A stretch of DNA of 58,101 bases from Parcubacteria group bacterium RIFCSPLOWO2_01_FULL_48_18 (GCA_001824435.1 MHXH01000024.1:29501-87601), one strand, 5' to 3'. Shown: positions 42,208 to 51,016, counted from the stretch's first letter. A program made the numbers and translations. Notes: a model not told the origin generated them from the sequence alone.

Positions 42208-42498
42208 TTACAAAACCCCCACGATGCGCCGCAATACGTCAGCAAACAAATCAAACATCCAGGCGAAGAACCCTCCCACGATTTTGAAAAATCTAATGAC
42301 GATATCAGTCGTGATATTGTTTTTCACCCAGTTCGACGCCACAGAAAGCCATTCGAGAAATTTATTGACATCGACGTTGCCGCTATCGATCGGAGTCGAA
42401 GTTTCCTGCGCTACGGCGACAACTCCGCCGGCAAAAGTACAAGCAAGGACAACAACCAAAATCGCACAGGTATAATATTTTCTTAATACTCTTTTCAT
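42208..42498 (-). CDS. hypothetical small secreted/membrane protein
   Basis: 96 aa with a signal peptide (YYTCAILVVVLACTFAGGVVAVAQE) and a C-terminal amphipathic/hydrophobic segment. Confidence 0.55.
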   Translation of the reverse strand: MKRVLRKYYTCAILVVVLACTFAGGVVAVAQETSTPIDSGNVDVNKFLEWLSVASNWVKNNITTDIVIRFFKIVGGFFAWMFDLFADVLRRIVGVL

Positions 42499-42558
42499 GC
42501 TGTATCCGATTAACTTCTCCCCTCTTTATTGTATCACCGATTTTCAAGGATGGCAAAA

Positions 42559-42598
42559 CCCTATTATAACCCGGAAACCCCAGCCTTCAGACTGGGGG
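42559..42598. repeat. CCGGGTTATAA-type word plus hairpin (reverse orientation)
   Basis: CCCTATTATAACCCGG (42559-42574), then CCCCAG...CTGGGG (42578-42597). Its reverse complement resembles 7478-7515. Confidence 0.7.
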
Positions 42599-42626
42599 GA
42601 AGAAGAAGTATTTCTCTACACCATCA

Positions 42627-42784
42627 TGCCGAAAGGCAGAGAATTTTGGCGGATTTTGAGGCTGTTTTGGCATGGTCCGAGCGCTCAATTTTATTCGTAA
42701 ATTGAGTGCTCGGCAAAACAGCCGAAACCTCGGAGTCCCGCGCTGGCGGGACGAGAATGAGCCAAAATTCTTTGCCTTTCGGCA
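42627..42784. other. 158-nt nested hairpin (candidate structured RNA or non-autonomous element)
   Basis: The outer stem pairs 42627-42650 with 42761-42784 (24 bp, one G-U). The middle stem pairs 42660-42669 with 42714-42723. The apical stem pairs 42677-42691 with 42699-42713. A side hairpin GTCCCGC-GCTG-GCGGGAC lies at 42735-42752. Confidence 0.7.
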
Positions 42785-42815
42785 AGTACCTCGGACTTGT
42801 GAGTAGTTACGTTTA

Positions 42816-42831
42816 CCCAGTTACAACCCGG
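42816..42831. repeat. CCCAGTTACAACCCGG word (reverse orientation)
   Basis: Reverse complement of CCGGGTTGTAACTGGG. Confidence 0.65.
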
Positions 42832-42893
42832 AAAAACACCAGTTTTCAAACACTCTGAAAGAAGGGAGAAATTTTAGAAGCTAAATAGAAGCC

Positions 42894-42921
42894 CCGGCCC
42901 TTAGGCCGGGTTGTAACGGGG
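42894..42921. repeat. hairpin plus CCGGGTTGTAACGGGG
   Basis: CCGGCC-CTTA-GGCCGG (42894-42909) overlaps CCGGGTTGTAACGGGG (42906-42921). It ends 1 nt from the stop codon of 42923..43525. Confidence 0.75.
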
Positions 42922-42922
42922 T

Positions 42923-43525
42923 TCACTCACGAGTTTCCGTGATTTCTTCTACTACTTCATCCAAGTCGTTTTGCGGACGGCGCGCGTCAATCGGAGGCTC
43001 TTGTACGTAAAAATCGGGGTCGTGGCGGTATATGATGTGCGGAGGCGTTTCACTTCCAAATGTACGCATTGGCCGCCTTTGATAGTACATTTCGCTTATG
43101 GGTTCATAAATATCCGGGTTGGTGTAGACATGATGAGGCACGTGGTGGAAGGGGGTTCGTTTTTCTTCGATGGGAACGGAAGCGCCCTCGCTCTCTTTTT
43201 CTTCTTTTTCCTGTTTTTGGTTTTCCTTGGCTTCTTCTCTCCCCTCTTCCGGTTTTACCGCATGCTCCTCTTTTCCTTGTAGCGGAGCAACATCGCTACC
43301 AACGCCGTTTGAAAAACCCGAACTTAATAATTTTACCTTTTCCTCCAACTGCTCAATCAATCGTTTATTCGAACCCAGCTCATAGATCACTTGGGAATAT
43401 TTTTCCTCAATTTCTTTCTTTTCTTTCTCAAGCTGCCCCTTCCACTCCCGTTCAACCGAAAATTTAGCCTTCCACTCGGCGATCTGCATCATTAATTCTT
43501 CGATTTTGGAATAATTATTTTCCAC
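42923..43525 (-). CDS. hypothetical coiled-coil / acidic low-complexity protein
   Basis: 200 aa with an N-terminal heptad-like region (IEELMMQIAEWKAKF...LEKEKKEIEEKY), an E/K-rich middle and a His/Pro/Tyr-rich C-terminus. Confidence 0.55.
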   Translation of the reverse strand: MENNYSKIEELMMQIAEWKAKFSVEREWKGQLEKEKKEIEEKYSQVIYELGSNKRLIEQLEEKVKLLSSGFSNGVGSDVAPLQGKEEHAVKPEEGREEAKENQKQEKEEKESEGASVPIEEKRTPFHHVPHHVYTNPDIYEPISEMYYQRRPMRTFGSETPPHIIYRHDPDFYVQEPPIDARRPQNDLDEVVEEITETRE

Positions 43526-43544
43526 GAAGCTCTTGAGTCCTTAT

Positions 43545-44168
43545 TTATTTCCGATTCCACCCTCGATTTTTGTCTTTCCGATCAACAAACCACTTATCCT
43601 TCGCGTCAAACCACCAGGAATCGGGGTGGATTTCTACCAGTGCTTTTCCGAGTTTCTTGCCGGCATCCGTTTTGAGGCGTTTTAGGGCTATCTGAATCCA
43701 TTCCCGTGCCTTTTGATTTCCTTTTACTTCTTCACCCCGCAAGGTGGCGATCCATTCAAGCTGGTCAGCATCTTTAACAAGTTTCGCTTCAAGCGTTCTT
43801 CGTTGTTCTTCCTCCATAAATAATTCAAGAATCTCTTTCCCGAATGGAACACTTTGAGCGATATCTTTCACGGCCTCCGCTTCGGCAAGTCGTCCATAAC
43901 GTTGATGCACGTAGTTATGATCTGATGTTCTTCCCTCGCCAATATCATGGAACAATGCCATCAATACAACTTTGTGCCTATTTGCCCTCGGTTCAAGATA
44001 TGCAAGCGTATACGCTATCATCGCGGTGTGAAAGAGGTGCTCGGCTACAGACTGACTGCCGCTACCCAGAAACCACAATCCCGAGCGCGGAGTTTTGCTA
44101 TGTATGTTGGTTTCATACACGAAATCAGCAAACTGACTATATTTGTTTTTTTCCTTATTTCTGAGCAT
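43545..44168 (-). CDS. HD-domain phosphohydrolase (YfbR-like 5'-nucleotidase family)
   Basis: SVAEHLFHTAMIAY...LMALFHDIGEGRTSD...DADQLE. Confidence 0.8.
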   Translation of the reverse strand: MLRNKEKNKYSQFADFVYETNIHSKTPRSGLWFLGSGSQSVAEHLFHTAMIAYTLAYLEPRANRHKVVLMALFHDIGEGRTSDHNYVHQRYGRLAEAEAVKDIAQSVPFGKEILELFMEEEQRRTLEAKLVKDADQLEWIATLRGEEVKGNQKAREWIQIALKRLKTDAGKKLGKALVEIHPDSWWFDAKDKWFVDRKDKNRGWNRK

Positions 44169-44285
44169 ATTTTCATTTTAGCACTTTCTACTTCTCATGA
44201 CACTTTTACTACTTATTGAATTTCGTAAATACCGCGCGAATTTATCAATATCATTTTGCCCCTATTTTAAGCCACTTTCCAGCTA

Positions 44286-44313
44286 TTGACAAATTCTGTT
44301 GATTTGTTATAAT
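44286..44313 (+). promoter_or_regulatory. consensus sigma70 promoter
   Basis: TTGACA (44286-44291), 16 nt, TATAAT (44308-44313). Confidence 0.7.
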
Positions 44314-44341
44314 TACAGTAAACTCTGAAAGGAGGGTTGAT

Positions 44342-44509
44342 ATGAAGACCTACAAGCCAGTTCCTTACGGCGGTGGGCCGATTCGGTGCACCGACTTCGA
44401 CCTCATCGCCAAGTCCAGCAAGAAGCAGCTCATTCTCGGTTTCCTTCCGCTCCTGACCATCGGAGCAATCGCCGTCTTCGGACTCCTCCGCATGTATGGC
44501 GTCCTCTGA
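44342..44509 (+). CDS. 55-aa tail-anchored small protein, high-GC coding sequence (not in the ORF track)
   Basis: AAGGAGGG lies 6 nt upstream of the ATG. The protein is MKTYKPVPYGGGPIRCTDFDLIAKSSKKQLILGFLPLLTIGAIAVFGLLRMYGVL, ending at TGA. By hand count it is 97/168 G+C, and 43 of 55 codons end in G or C. A consensus promoter precedes it and a strong terminator follows. Confidence 0.65.
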   Translation: MKTYKPVPYGGGPIRCTDFDLIAKSSKKQLILGFLPLLTIGAIAVFGLLRMYGVL

Positions 44510-44530
44510 TCGCGCCGACCTCTCTCGGCC

Positions 44531-44560
44531 ACGGCCTGCCCCATTGGGTAGGCCGTTTTT
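44531..44560 (+). terminator. rho-independent terminator
   Basis: ACGGCCTGCCC (44531-44541) / GGGTAGGCCGT (44546-44556), loop CATT, then TTTTT. Confidence 0.8.
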
Positions 44561-44661
44561 CTATTCCCTACGCCCCGTGACACCTTTTATATTTCTTTCC
44601 TAATCATTACGCCGCGCTTACGAATACGTTTCGAGCGATATGCTTCGACTTTGCCGACCGG

Positions 44662-46233
44662 TTACAATTTTTCAAGCGCAATTCTAATACGGCGCGTACT
44701 CTCCTCTTTTCCTAATATCTCCATAATTTCAAACGGGCCGGGCGATGCCTCTTTGCCGGAAAGTGAGACGCGCAAGGGCCAATACAATTCTCCGCGTCCG
44801 GTTTCTTCCGCAAGCGGAACAAGAATTCTTTCAAGGCGTCCTTTGATAAATTCCGTCTCGGACACCTTTTCCAATTCCTCAACCGTTAGCCGCAAATTCG
44901 CCGCTGTCTCATCTGCGGGTGTATTCTTCCATTGTAACATTTTTGACCCGTATTCCGGTAACTGATAGAAAAATCCAGCCATTTCGAGAAAGTCGCTTAA
45001 CCTTTTTATGCGCTCCTTTTCAATGGCAATGACCTTAAGATGAAACGCATCGTCTTTGAGCCATTCCCTTTTCTCAATCAAAGGCCTTAGGTATTCAAGG
45101 AGCGCTGCATTATTAAGTTTTCTGATATACTCGCCGTTTATCCAATCAAATTTCTGCGCATTAAAGATGGCGCCTGCTTTTTGTATCCTTTCCAATGAAA
45201 ATTTCTCTACCAATCCGTCTGCGGCGAACATCTCCTGATTGTCTTCAGGGTGCCAGCCTAAAAGAACCAGAAAATTCAGGACAGCTTCCGGCAAATATCC
45301 TTGTTCGCGGTAATCGGCGATATTAAACAGCCCAACCCGTTTTGACATTTTTGACTTATCCGGGGCGAGAATAAGCGGTAAATGCGCATACGCAGGCATG
45401 GGCATCTTAAGAGCCTGTTGAATCAAGATTTGCTTCGGCGTATTGGGGAGATGTTCTTCGCCGCGGATTACATGGCTTATCTGCATCTCAAAGTCGTCAA
45501 CCACCACGCTGAAATTATACAATGGCATGCGTTCATCCTTGGCAATAGCGATATCCCCCACCAAAGCACTATTAAACGAAATGTCGCCGCGGATAATATC
45601 TTTAAACGTAACCTTCTTTTCTGGCACTTTGAATCTGATGATGCAGCTTTCTCCTCTCTTTTTTCTTTCCCGAGCTTCTTTTATCCTAATGTCGCGGCAT
45701 TTACCGGAATAACGAGGTGCCTCCCCGCCCAAAAGCATTTCTTGGCGTCGCATTTCCAGTTCTTCTTTGCTGCAGAAACAATAATACGCCAAGTCTTTCT
45801 CGAACAACGTATCCATAAAATACGCATACCGTTCTGTTCGCTCGGTCTGGCGATACGGACCGAAGTTCCCGATATAATTTTTGGTTTTCGGTTTTCCCTC
45901 GACCTGCCCTCGACTTTGAGGTTTTCGACCGTGAGGTCCTCGACTCTGAGGCTCGGACTCGAAGATTTCAGACCGAATCGGCTCAGACTTGAGGAGTTCG
46001 GTCTCGAGGATTGGCCCTTCATCCCAAAAAATACGCAACCACCGCAAGTTTTCCATGATATCTCGTTCAAATCTTACATCTGATCTCTCTGCGTCCGTAT
46101 CCTCGATGCGTAAAATAAAAGCGCCGCCCATTTTCTTTGCAAACAGCCAATTAAAAATCGCCGTCCGCGCACCGCCGAGGTGCAATGGGCCGGTAGGCGA
46201 AGGAGCAAATCGAGTCCGAATCTCTTGTTTCAT
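44662..46233 (-). CDS. gltX: glutamyl-tRNA synthetase with an in-frame low-complexity insertion
   Basis: RFAPSPTGPLHLGGARTA (HIGH), LRIEDTD and KMSKR (KMSKS) are present. About 45 extra residues lie between WDEGP and GPYRQTER. Confidence 0.95.
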   Translation of the reverse strand: MKQEIRTRFAPSPTGPLHLGGARTAIFNWLFAKKMGGAFILRIEDTDAERSDVRFERDIMENLRWLRIFWDEGPILETELLKSEPIRSEIFESEPQSRGPHGRKPQSRGQVEGKPKTKNYIGNFGPYRQTERTERYAYFMDTLFEKDLAYYCFCSKEELEMRRQEMLLGGEAPRYSGKCRDIRIKEARERKKRGESCIIRFKVPEKKVTFKDIIRGDISFNSALVGDIAIAKDERMPLYNFSVVVDDFEMQISHVIRGEEHLPNTPKQILIQQALKMPMPAYAHLPLILAPDKSKMSKRVGLFNIADYREQGYLPEAVLNFLVLLGWHPEDNQEMFAADGLVEKFSLERIQKAGAIFNAQKFDWINGEYIRKLNNAALLEYLRPLIEKREWLKDDAFHLKVIAIEKERIKRLSDFLEMAGFFYQLPEYGSKMLQWKNTPADETAANLRLTVEELEKVSETEFIKGRLERILVPLAEETGRGELYWPLRVSLSGKEASPGPFEIMEILGKEESTRRIRIALEKL

Positions 46234-46242
46234 ATTTAAACT

Positions 46243-46298
46243 TAGAATCTAAAATCTAGAAGTTCTTCCAAATTCCAGATTCTAGATTCCAGATTCTA
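46243..46298. repeat. opposed heptamer arrays in the murG-gltX spacer
   Basis: TAGAATC TAAAATC TAGAAGT ... AATTCCA GATTCTA GATTCCA GATTCTA. The murG stop codon (46296-46298) lies in the last unit. Confidence 0.85.
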
Positions 46299-47621
46299 AT
46301 CATTATCCGCTTTTGCCAATGTAAGTATTTCCCTTGCAGCTGTTTCTGCAGCTCGAGGTCGGGCGAATATTCTGGATGCCTCAATCATTTTTTCTCTTCT
46401 TTGCCTATCGACCAAAAGTTCATTCAGTTGATCCAAAAAAAGATGCGGAAGCAGATTCTCTTCCTCAAGATAAATACAACACCCCGCTTTAAAATACGCG
46501 ATTGCATTAAGGCGCTGATGATCCCCGGCAGAGGCACTAATGGGAATAAGTATGGACGGTTTTGCAAACGCCGCTATTTCAAAAATCGACCCGCTGCCCG
46601 CTCTGCTTATCACGATATCCGCGGCATTCATGGCGTCGCGATACTGTCCCTCCGACAAAAATGCGAACAGCTTGTACCGTACCCGGTCATCGACGCTTAC
46701 ATCCTGAAGAATCACGTCGGTCTCCGATTTTATGTCATCAATGTTGGCGTCTCCAACCTGATGGATCAGTTGATAATTTCGCAAAAGATCCGTTAATATA
46801 TCGAGTATAAAATCATTAATCTGTTCCGCCCCCTGCGAGCCTCCCATGATAAAAAGCACGGGTTCGTCGGCATGAAAACCGAATAATTTCTTGGCAGTAG
46901 ACTGTGGTTCAAGGCTCTCGGTGAGGCCGCCTCGTATGGGATTCCCCATAAGGACCGTCTTTCCTTTCGGAAAGTACTTTGCGGTATCATCAAAAGAAAT
47001 TGCAATTCGACTCGCGAACCTTGCGCCCCATTGATTCACCAGTCCCGGTACGCAGTCCGATTCATGAATCATGATGGGAATCCGGTAAAAAGCGGCCGCC
47101 AGTAATACCGGAAACGCTCCGTGTCCCCCTTTCGAAAACACCGCATCAGGCATGAACCAATAGAGTTTCCATAACGCCTGCAAGGTTCCTGCGGCAAGTT
47201 TGAATACATCGCTGAAATTCTTGAACGAGAAATACCGCCTTAGTTTTCCGCTTGTGATGATGCCAAGGGTAATATTTTCTCGTTCAAAAAATTTCCCCGT
47301 CAAGCCGTTGCTGCCTACATAATGAATTTCTATATTCGGGGAACGCGCGGTCAATTCTCTAGCCACGGCAATCAACGGCACAATATGACCGCCTGTGCCG
47401 CCGCCGGTCAATACTATTCTTACCTCTTGAGGCCGCTGCGAAGAGATGCCTGGCGGCGTTTCCTGTTCTATGGCAGGTTGATCATTTCGTTCGCCCTTCT
47501 GTGCGGCCTGGCTCTCTGTTGCCTGGATCGAAGTCTCTCCTTCAGCGGGCCTTTGGCTCAATACTATCAATCCTTCTTCGTCACCCTCAAGCTCATTATT
47601 TCTATTTCTTTCTTCTTGCAT
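46296..47621 (-). CDS. murG: UDP-GlcNAc:lipid I N-acetylglucosaminyltransferase with a ~65-aa N-terminal low-complexity extension
   Basis: LTGGGTGGHIVP, the GT28 N and C halves, and GGSQGA. Confidence 0.92.
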   Translation of the reverse strand: MQEERNRNNELEGDEEGLIVLSQRPAEGETSIQATESQAAQKGERNDQPAIEQETPPGISSQRPQEVRIVLTGGGTGGHIVPLIAVARELTARSPNIEIHYVGSNGLTGKFFERENITLGIITSGKLRRYFSFKNFSDVFKLAAGTLQALWKLYWFMPDAVFSKGGHGAFPVLLAAAFYRIPIMIHESDCVPGLVNQWGARFASRIAISFDDTAKYFPKGKTVLMGNPIRGGLTESLEPQSTAKKLFGFHADEPVLFIMGGSQGAEQINDFILDILTDLLRNYQLIHQVGDANIDDIKSETDVILQDVSVDDRVRYKLFAFLSEGQYRDAMNAADIVISRAGSGSIFEIAAFAKPSILIPISASAGDHQRLNAIAYFKAGCCIYLEEENLLPHLFLDQLNELLVDRQRREKMIEASRIFARPRAAETAAREILTLAKADND

Positions 47622-47639
47622 TGAGTTATTTTTTAAAAC

Positions 47640-48743
47640 CTATCGGGCATAACGCGACACATTGGCAATGATTCCCATGGAAGTTAAAAGGACGGCAAGC
47701 GCGGTCCCTCCATAACTGATAAATGGCAAAGGTACGCCGGTAAGCGGAAGAAGGCCGCTGATAGCTGAAATATTAGTAAACGATTGTGCAGCAACCATTG
47801 AGGCAATGCCGGTTACCAATAACTTAGTGAATAGGTCCGGTGCGCGTTCTGCAATCCGGAAAGCTCTAAATATCAAGAGCAATAAAACCGATATAATCAC
47901 CACCGACCCGACAAAACCGAATTCTTCACCAATGACCGCAAAGATGGAATCGCTAATCGGCTCCGGCAAATAGTGAAACTTTGATATCGAATCTCCGTAC
48001 CCCACTCCGAATACGCCGCCGGATCCGAGCGCGATAAGCGCCTGATTTCTTTGAAAACCGCTCCCCTGCATATCTCGCTGCGGATCAAAATAGCTCATAA
48101 CCCTCTCTAACCGATACGGCGTCAAATAAATAACAAGTATCAGACCCATGAAGCCGATCAGCACAGCAAGTCCGACAAATGAAAGTCTTCCTCCGCTTAC
48201 AAAATACATCACGAGGCCAGCAAAAAGGATAATTACTGCAGTGCTGGTAGTCGGCTGGAGCAAGAGCAGCGCAGCAACCATACCGCAAACAAACAGAAAC
48301 GGGATAAACCCATCGATAAAATTCACGCGCTTTCTCACGTCAGCCGCTAACCATGTCGCCAGATAAAGAATAAACGTCAATTTTAAAATCTCGGATGGCT
48401 GAATGGTCATGCCGCCGACCCTCAACCAACGATCGGCGCCACCCGATGAGAAGCCAAGGGGCGTAAAAACCATCACCAGAGCGACGACTGTTAAAAGAAG
48501 AAGAAAAACAGATAGCCGACGCATATGAATAAGAGAAAAGTTATACGCAATGAAAAAGCCGAGTAGTCCCGCAAGAACTCCGTACACGAACTGATGCTTC
48601 AAATAAAAATACGTATCATTGAATCTCGATTTTCCGATTTCAGAAGACGCGCTTGAAAGGGCAACCAAGCCAAGAAGCATAAGAAAAAATACCGTAAAGA
48701 TCAAAATATAATCGGGGTCGTGTTTACTCCGAGACGTCTTCAT
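47640..48743 (-). CDS. ftsW: SEDS-family peptidoglycan polymerase (FtsW/RodA)
   Basis: Ten-TM profile, with QPSEILKL, GSGGVFGVGYG and LPLTGVPLPFISYGGT. Confidence 0.92.
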   Translation of the reverse strand: MKTSRSKHDPDYILIFTVFFLMLLGLVALSSASSEIGKSRFNDTYFYLKHQFVYGVLAGLLGFFIAYNFSLIHMRRLSVFLLLLTVVALVMVFTPLGFSSGGADRWLRVGGMTIQPSEILKLTFILYLATWLAADVRKRVNFIDGFIPFLFVCGMVAALLLLQPTTSTAVIILFAGLVMYFVSGGRLSFVGLAVLIGFMGLILVIYLTPYRLERVMSYFDPQRDMQGSGFQRNQALIALGSGGVFGVGYGDSISKFHYLPEPISDSIFAVIGEEFGFVGSVVIISVLLLLIFRAFRIAERAPDLFTKLLVTGIASMVAAQSFTNISAISGLLPLTGVPLPFISYGGTALAVLLTSMGIIANVSRYAR

Positions 48744-48909
48744 CTCTTTTATTATACATTATTGCCAAGCGAGCGAGCGAAGTTAAAACACGAAACGAAT
48801 GTGAAGTGTTTTGACTTCCGAGCGAGCGCTGGCAACAAAGGGTGTAATACCCTTTATTTTCGTTTTTGCAGCGGGGTGGGCCACTGTAGCCCAGTAGCGT
48901 TCCCAGGCC

Positions 48910-49956
48910 CTACAGCAGGAAACGGTCCAAGAAAAAAATAATAAGCCCGAATCCCGCCACAACTCCTGAAATGATCCAAAATCGCATTGTCACTTTAGTT
49001 TCAGGCCATCCTAGGGCCTCAAAATGATGATGAATAGGAGTTGAAATGAATATTTTTTTGCCGGCTATCCTTTTAGAAACGACCTGAATGATAACCGATG
49101 CCGATTCCCCTACCAGCACGAACGCGAAAAACGGCAACAGCAGCGCAGTATCGGTAAGCATGGCAATGACTCCAAGCGTTATACCGAGCGACATCGAACC
49201 GGTATCACCCATAAAAAACCTCGCTGGATAGACATTAAACCACAAAAACGCCACCAGTGCGCCCGCGACAGTAGCGGTAAAAACCGTCAAGTCATATCGC
49301 CCGAGCACGAACGCCACAACACCTAAGCATACAAATGCAATAAGCAGCACTCCGCCGGCCAATCCATCCAAGCCGTCTGCTTCATTCGCAGAAAACGCGC
49401 TTGCCAGGATGACGAACACAAACAACGGTATATACCAACCTCCAATGAAGTAGTCGCCAAATAGAGGAATGTGCAATGTATCCCAATCAAGTTTGAAATA
49501 AAACCACAGCGCGCCGACTACGGCAATCGTGCTGTATAGAATTATTTTTTGGGGCACGCTCAAGCCCTGGCCGTTCTTGCCAAAACGAAAAATCCCGCAA
49601 AGATCATCGACCAAACCGAAGAGCGCCGCAATCCCCAATGCAGCAAGCGGAAGATACGTTTGGGCGCGACTGATAAAATTAAGGTCGCCGAATACACCTC
49701 CCGCTGTTTTCGTGGCCGCAAAGAAAAAACCTGCAAGCAAGAGTACCGTCGCCCATACAATGATTCCACCCATCGTCGGCGTTCCCGCCTTTTTTTTATG
49801 CAGTTCGCTAAATATTGGCACTGCCGGACCTCCTCGAATTTGCTTGCCCAAACGGTATTTATAAAGATAGCGGGTCAAAAATGGCGTTAAAAACAGCGCC
49901 ACAAAGAAAGATGTCGTTGCGAGAATTAATACGCGGATGAGCTGGAAAATCTCCAT
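48910..49956 (-). CDS. mraY: phospho-N-acetylmuramoyl-pentapeptide transferase
   Basis: KKAGTPTMGG, GLVDD, NEADGLDGLA, MGDTGS and HHHFE. Confidence 0.95.
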   Translation of the reverse strand: MEIFQLIRVLILATTSFFVALFLTPFLTRYLYKYRLGKQIRGGPAVPIFSELHKKKAGTPTMGGIIVWATVLLLAGFFFAATKTAGGVFGDLNFISRAQTYLPLAALGIAALFGLVDDLCGIFRFGKNGQGLSVPQKIILYSTIAVVGALWFYFKLDWDTLHIPLFGDYFIGGWYIPLFVFVILASAFSANEADGLDGLAGGVLLIAFVCLGVVAFVLGRYDLTVFTATVAGALVAFLWFNVYPARFFMGDTGSMSLGITLGVIAMLTDTALLLPFFAFVLVGESASVIIQVVSKRIAGKKIFISTPIHHHFEALGWPETKVTMRFWIISGVVAGFGLIIFFLDRFLL

Positions 49957-50015
49957 GCGTTAGTTTTTTAGCTGGCAGCTGATAGCTTTTTAGGCTGAAC
50001 ACTACGAGCTACAAG

Positions 50016-50984
50016 CTAAAACTTGTAGCCGTTTTTAATAAACTCCAGTATCTTCTCTGTTTCGCCAAATCTGTCGTCCGAGCCCAACATAATCGTCGCA
50101 ATCAACAAATCTCTATACTCGAAAAGCGAGACTAAGTTTCCTTTCGAATCTTCGAGATAACCGGTCTTTCCGCCCGCGAAATTCGAAAATCCGGCGAAAC
50201 GGTTGATGTTATGGATCACCTTTCGTTCGCCGTTTCTCAAGTTAATGATCGTAGCGCTTTTACGCGCGGTCAATTCTAAAAGGTGCGGCGCATACTCGTA
50301 AAGATGCTTCATTAATTTGTGTAAATCTGTCAATGTCGACTGATTAATTGCGGAAAGTCCGGTTGCTTCAATAAATATGGTATCGTTCATCCCGATGGCT
50401 GACGCCTTTTGCTGCATAAACGATACAAATTGTTCGGGGCCGATCCGTTCCGATAGGGCAGCTGCCGCATCGTTGCTTGAAAGAAGAAGCATCGCGGTAA
50501 TCATATCATCACGAGAATATATATCTCCTGGTGAAAAATTTCCCGTCGCGCCTTCGCTGGATATCGCCGCATCGCTGATGACGATTTCTGCATCATCGTG
50601 AATGCGCTCTTCTGCCACCAAGGCGGTTATCAACTTTGATAAAGACGCGATGGGCCATCGCTGATCATCTCCCCCTTTTCGAAAAAAAATAAAACCGCCG
50701 TGAAGATCAACTGCAAGCGCTAATGAGGCCGTAAGCTGCGGCTCTGCTACGGCGAAATCCCGATACGGAGGCAGTATGCGCGCGGCCTCAACTTCCGTTC
50801 CTCTCACAAAAACGTGCTCCATTAATCTATCATCTGATGGCGCTTTCGTGAATTCAACTGCGAAATTGCTGCCGACAAAATCGCGTCCTCGCCCCGCAGA
50901 ATCGTATTCTCGAAATTCATCAAAAATGCGAGGGAGCGCCAGAAATATCAATATGAGTGCCAATGTAATTGAGAAACGATACAT
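50016..50984 (-). CDS. serine-type D-Ala-D-Ala carboxypeptidase (peptidase S11, PBP5-like)
   Basis: SxxK (IASLSKLITAL), SxN (SSND) and KTG (GGKTGY) are present, with an N-terminal anchor. Confidence 0.88.
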   Translation of the reverse strand: MYRFSITLALILIFLALPRIFDEFREYDSAGRGRDFVGSNFAVEFTKAPSDDRLMEHVFVRGTEVEAARILPPYRDFAVAEPQLTASLALAVDLHGGFIFFRKGGDDQRWPIASLSKLITALVAEERIHDDAEIVISDAAISSEGATGNFSPGDIYSRDDMITAMLLLSSNDAAAALSERIGPEQFVSFMQQKASAIGMNDTIFIEATGLSAINQSTLTDLHKLMKHLYEYAPHLLELTARKSATIINLRNGERKVIHNINRFAGFSNFAGGKTGYLEDSKGNLVSLFEYRDLLIATIMLGSDDRFGETEKILEFIKNGYKF

Positions 50985-50986
50985 GA

Positions 50987-51014
50987 AAATTCCAGATTCT
51001 AAATTCTAGATTCT
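50987..51014. repeat. four tandem heptamers directly upstream of the carboxypeptidase start
   Basis: AAATTCC AGATTCT AAATTCT AGATTCT. Confidence 0.85.
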
Positions 51015-51016
51015 AA

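Noticed and set aside
42497-42700. 67-aa + strand ORF in the 42.5-kb gap
   Set aside because: It is read through hairpin and repeat sequence (the ...ITRKPQPSDWGEE... type translation of a palindromic element), has no SD or promoter, and is better explained as non-coding.
44365-44583. Track ORFs 44365..44583(-) and 44386..44580(+)
   Set aside because: Both are out-of-frame or antisense shadows of the high-GC 55-codon gene (44342..44509). That gene alone has a promoter, an SD and a terminator.
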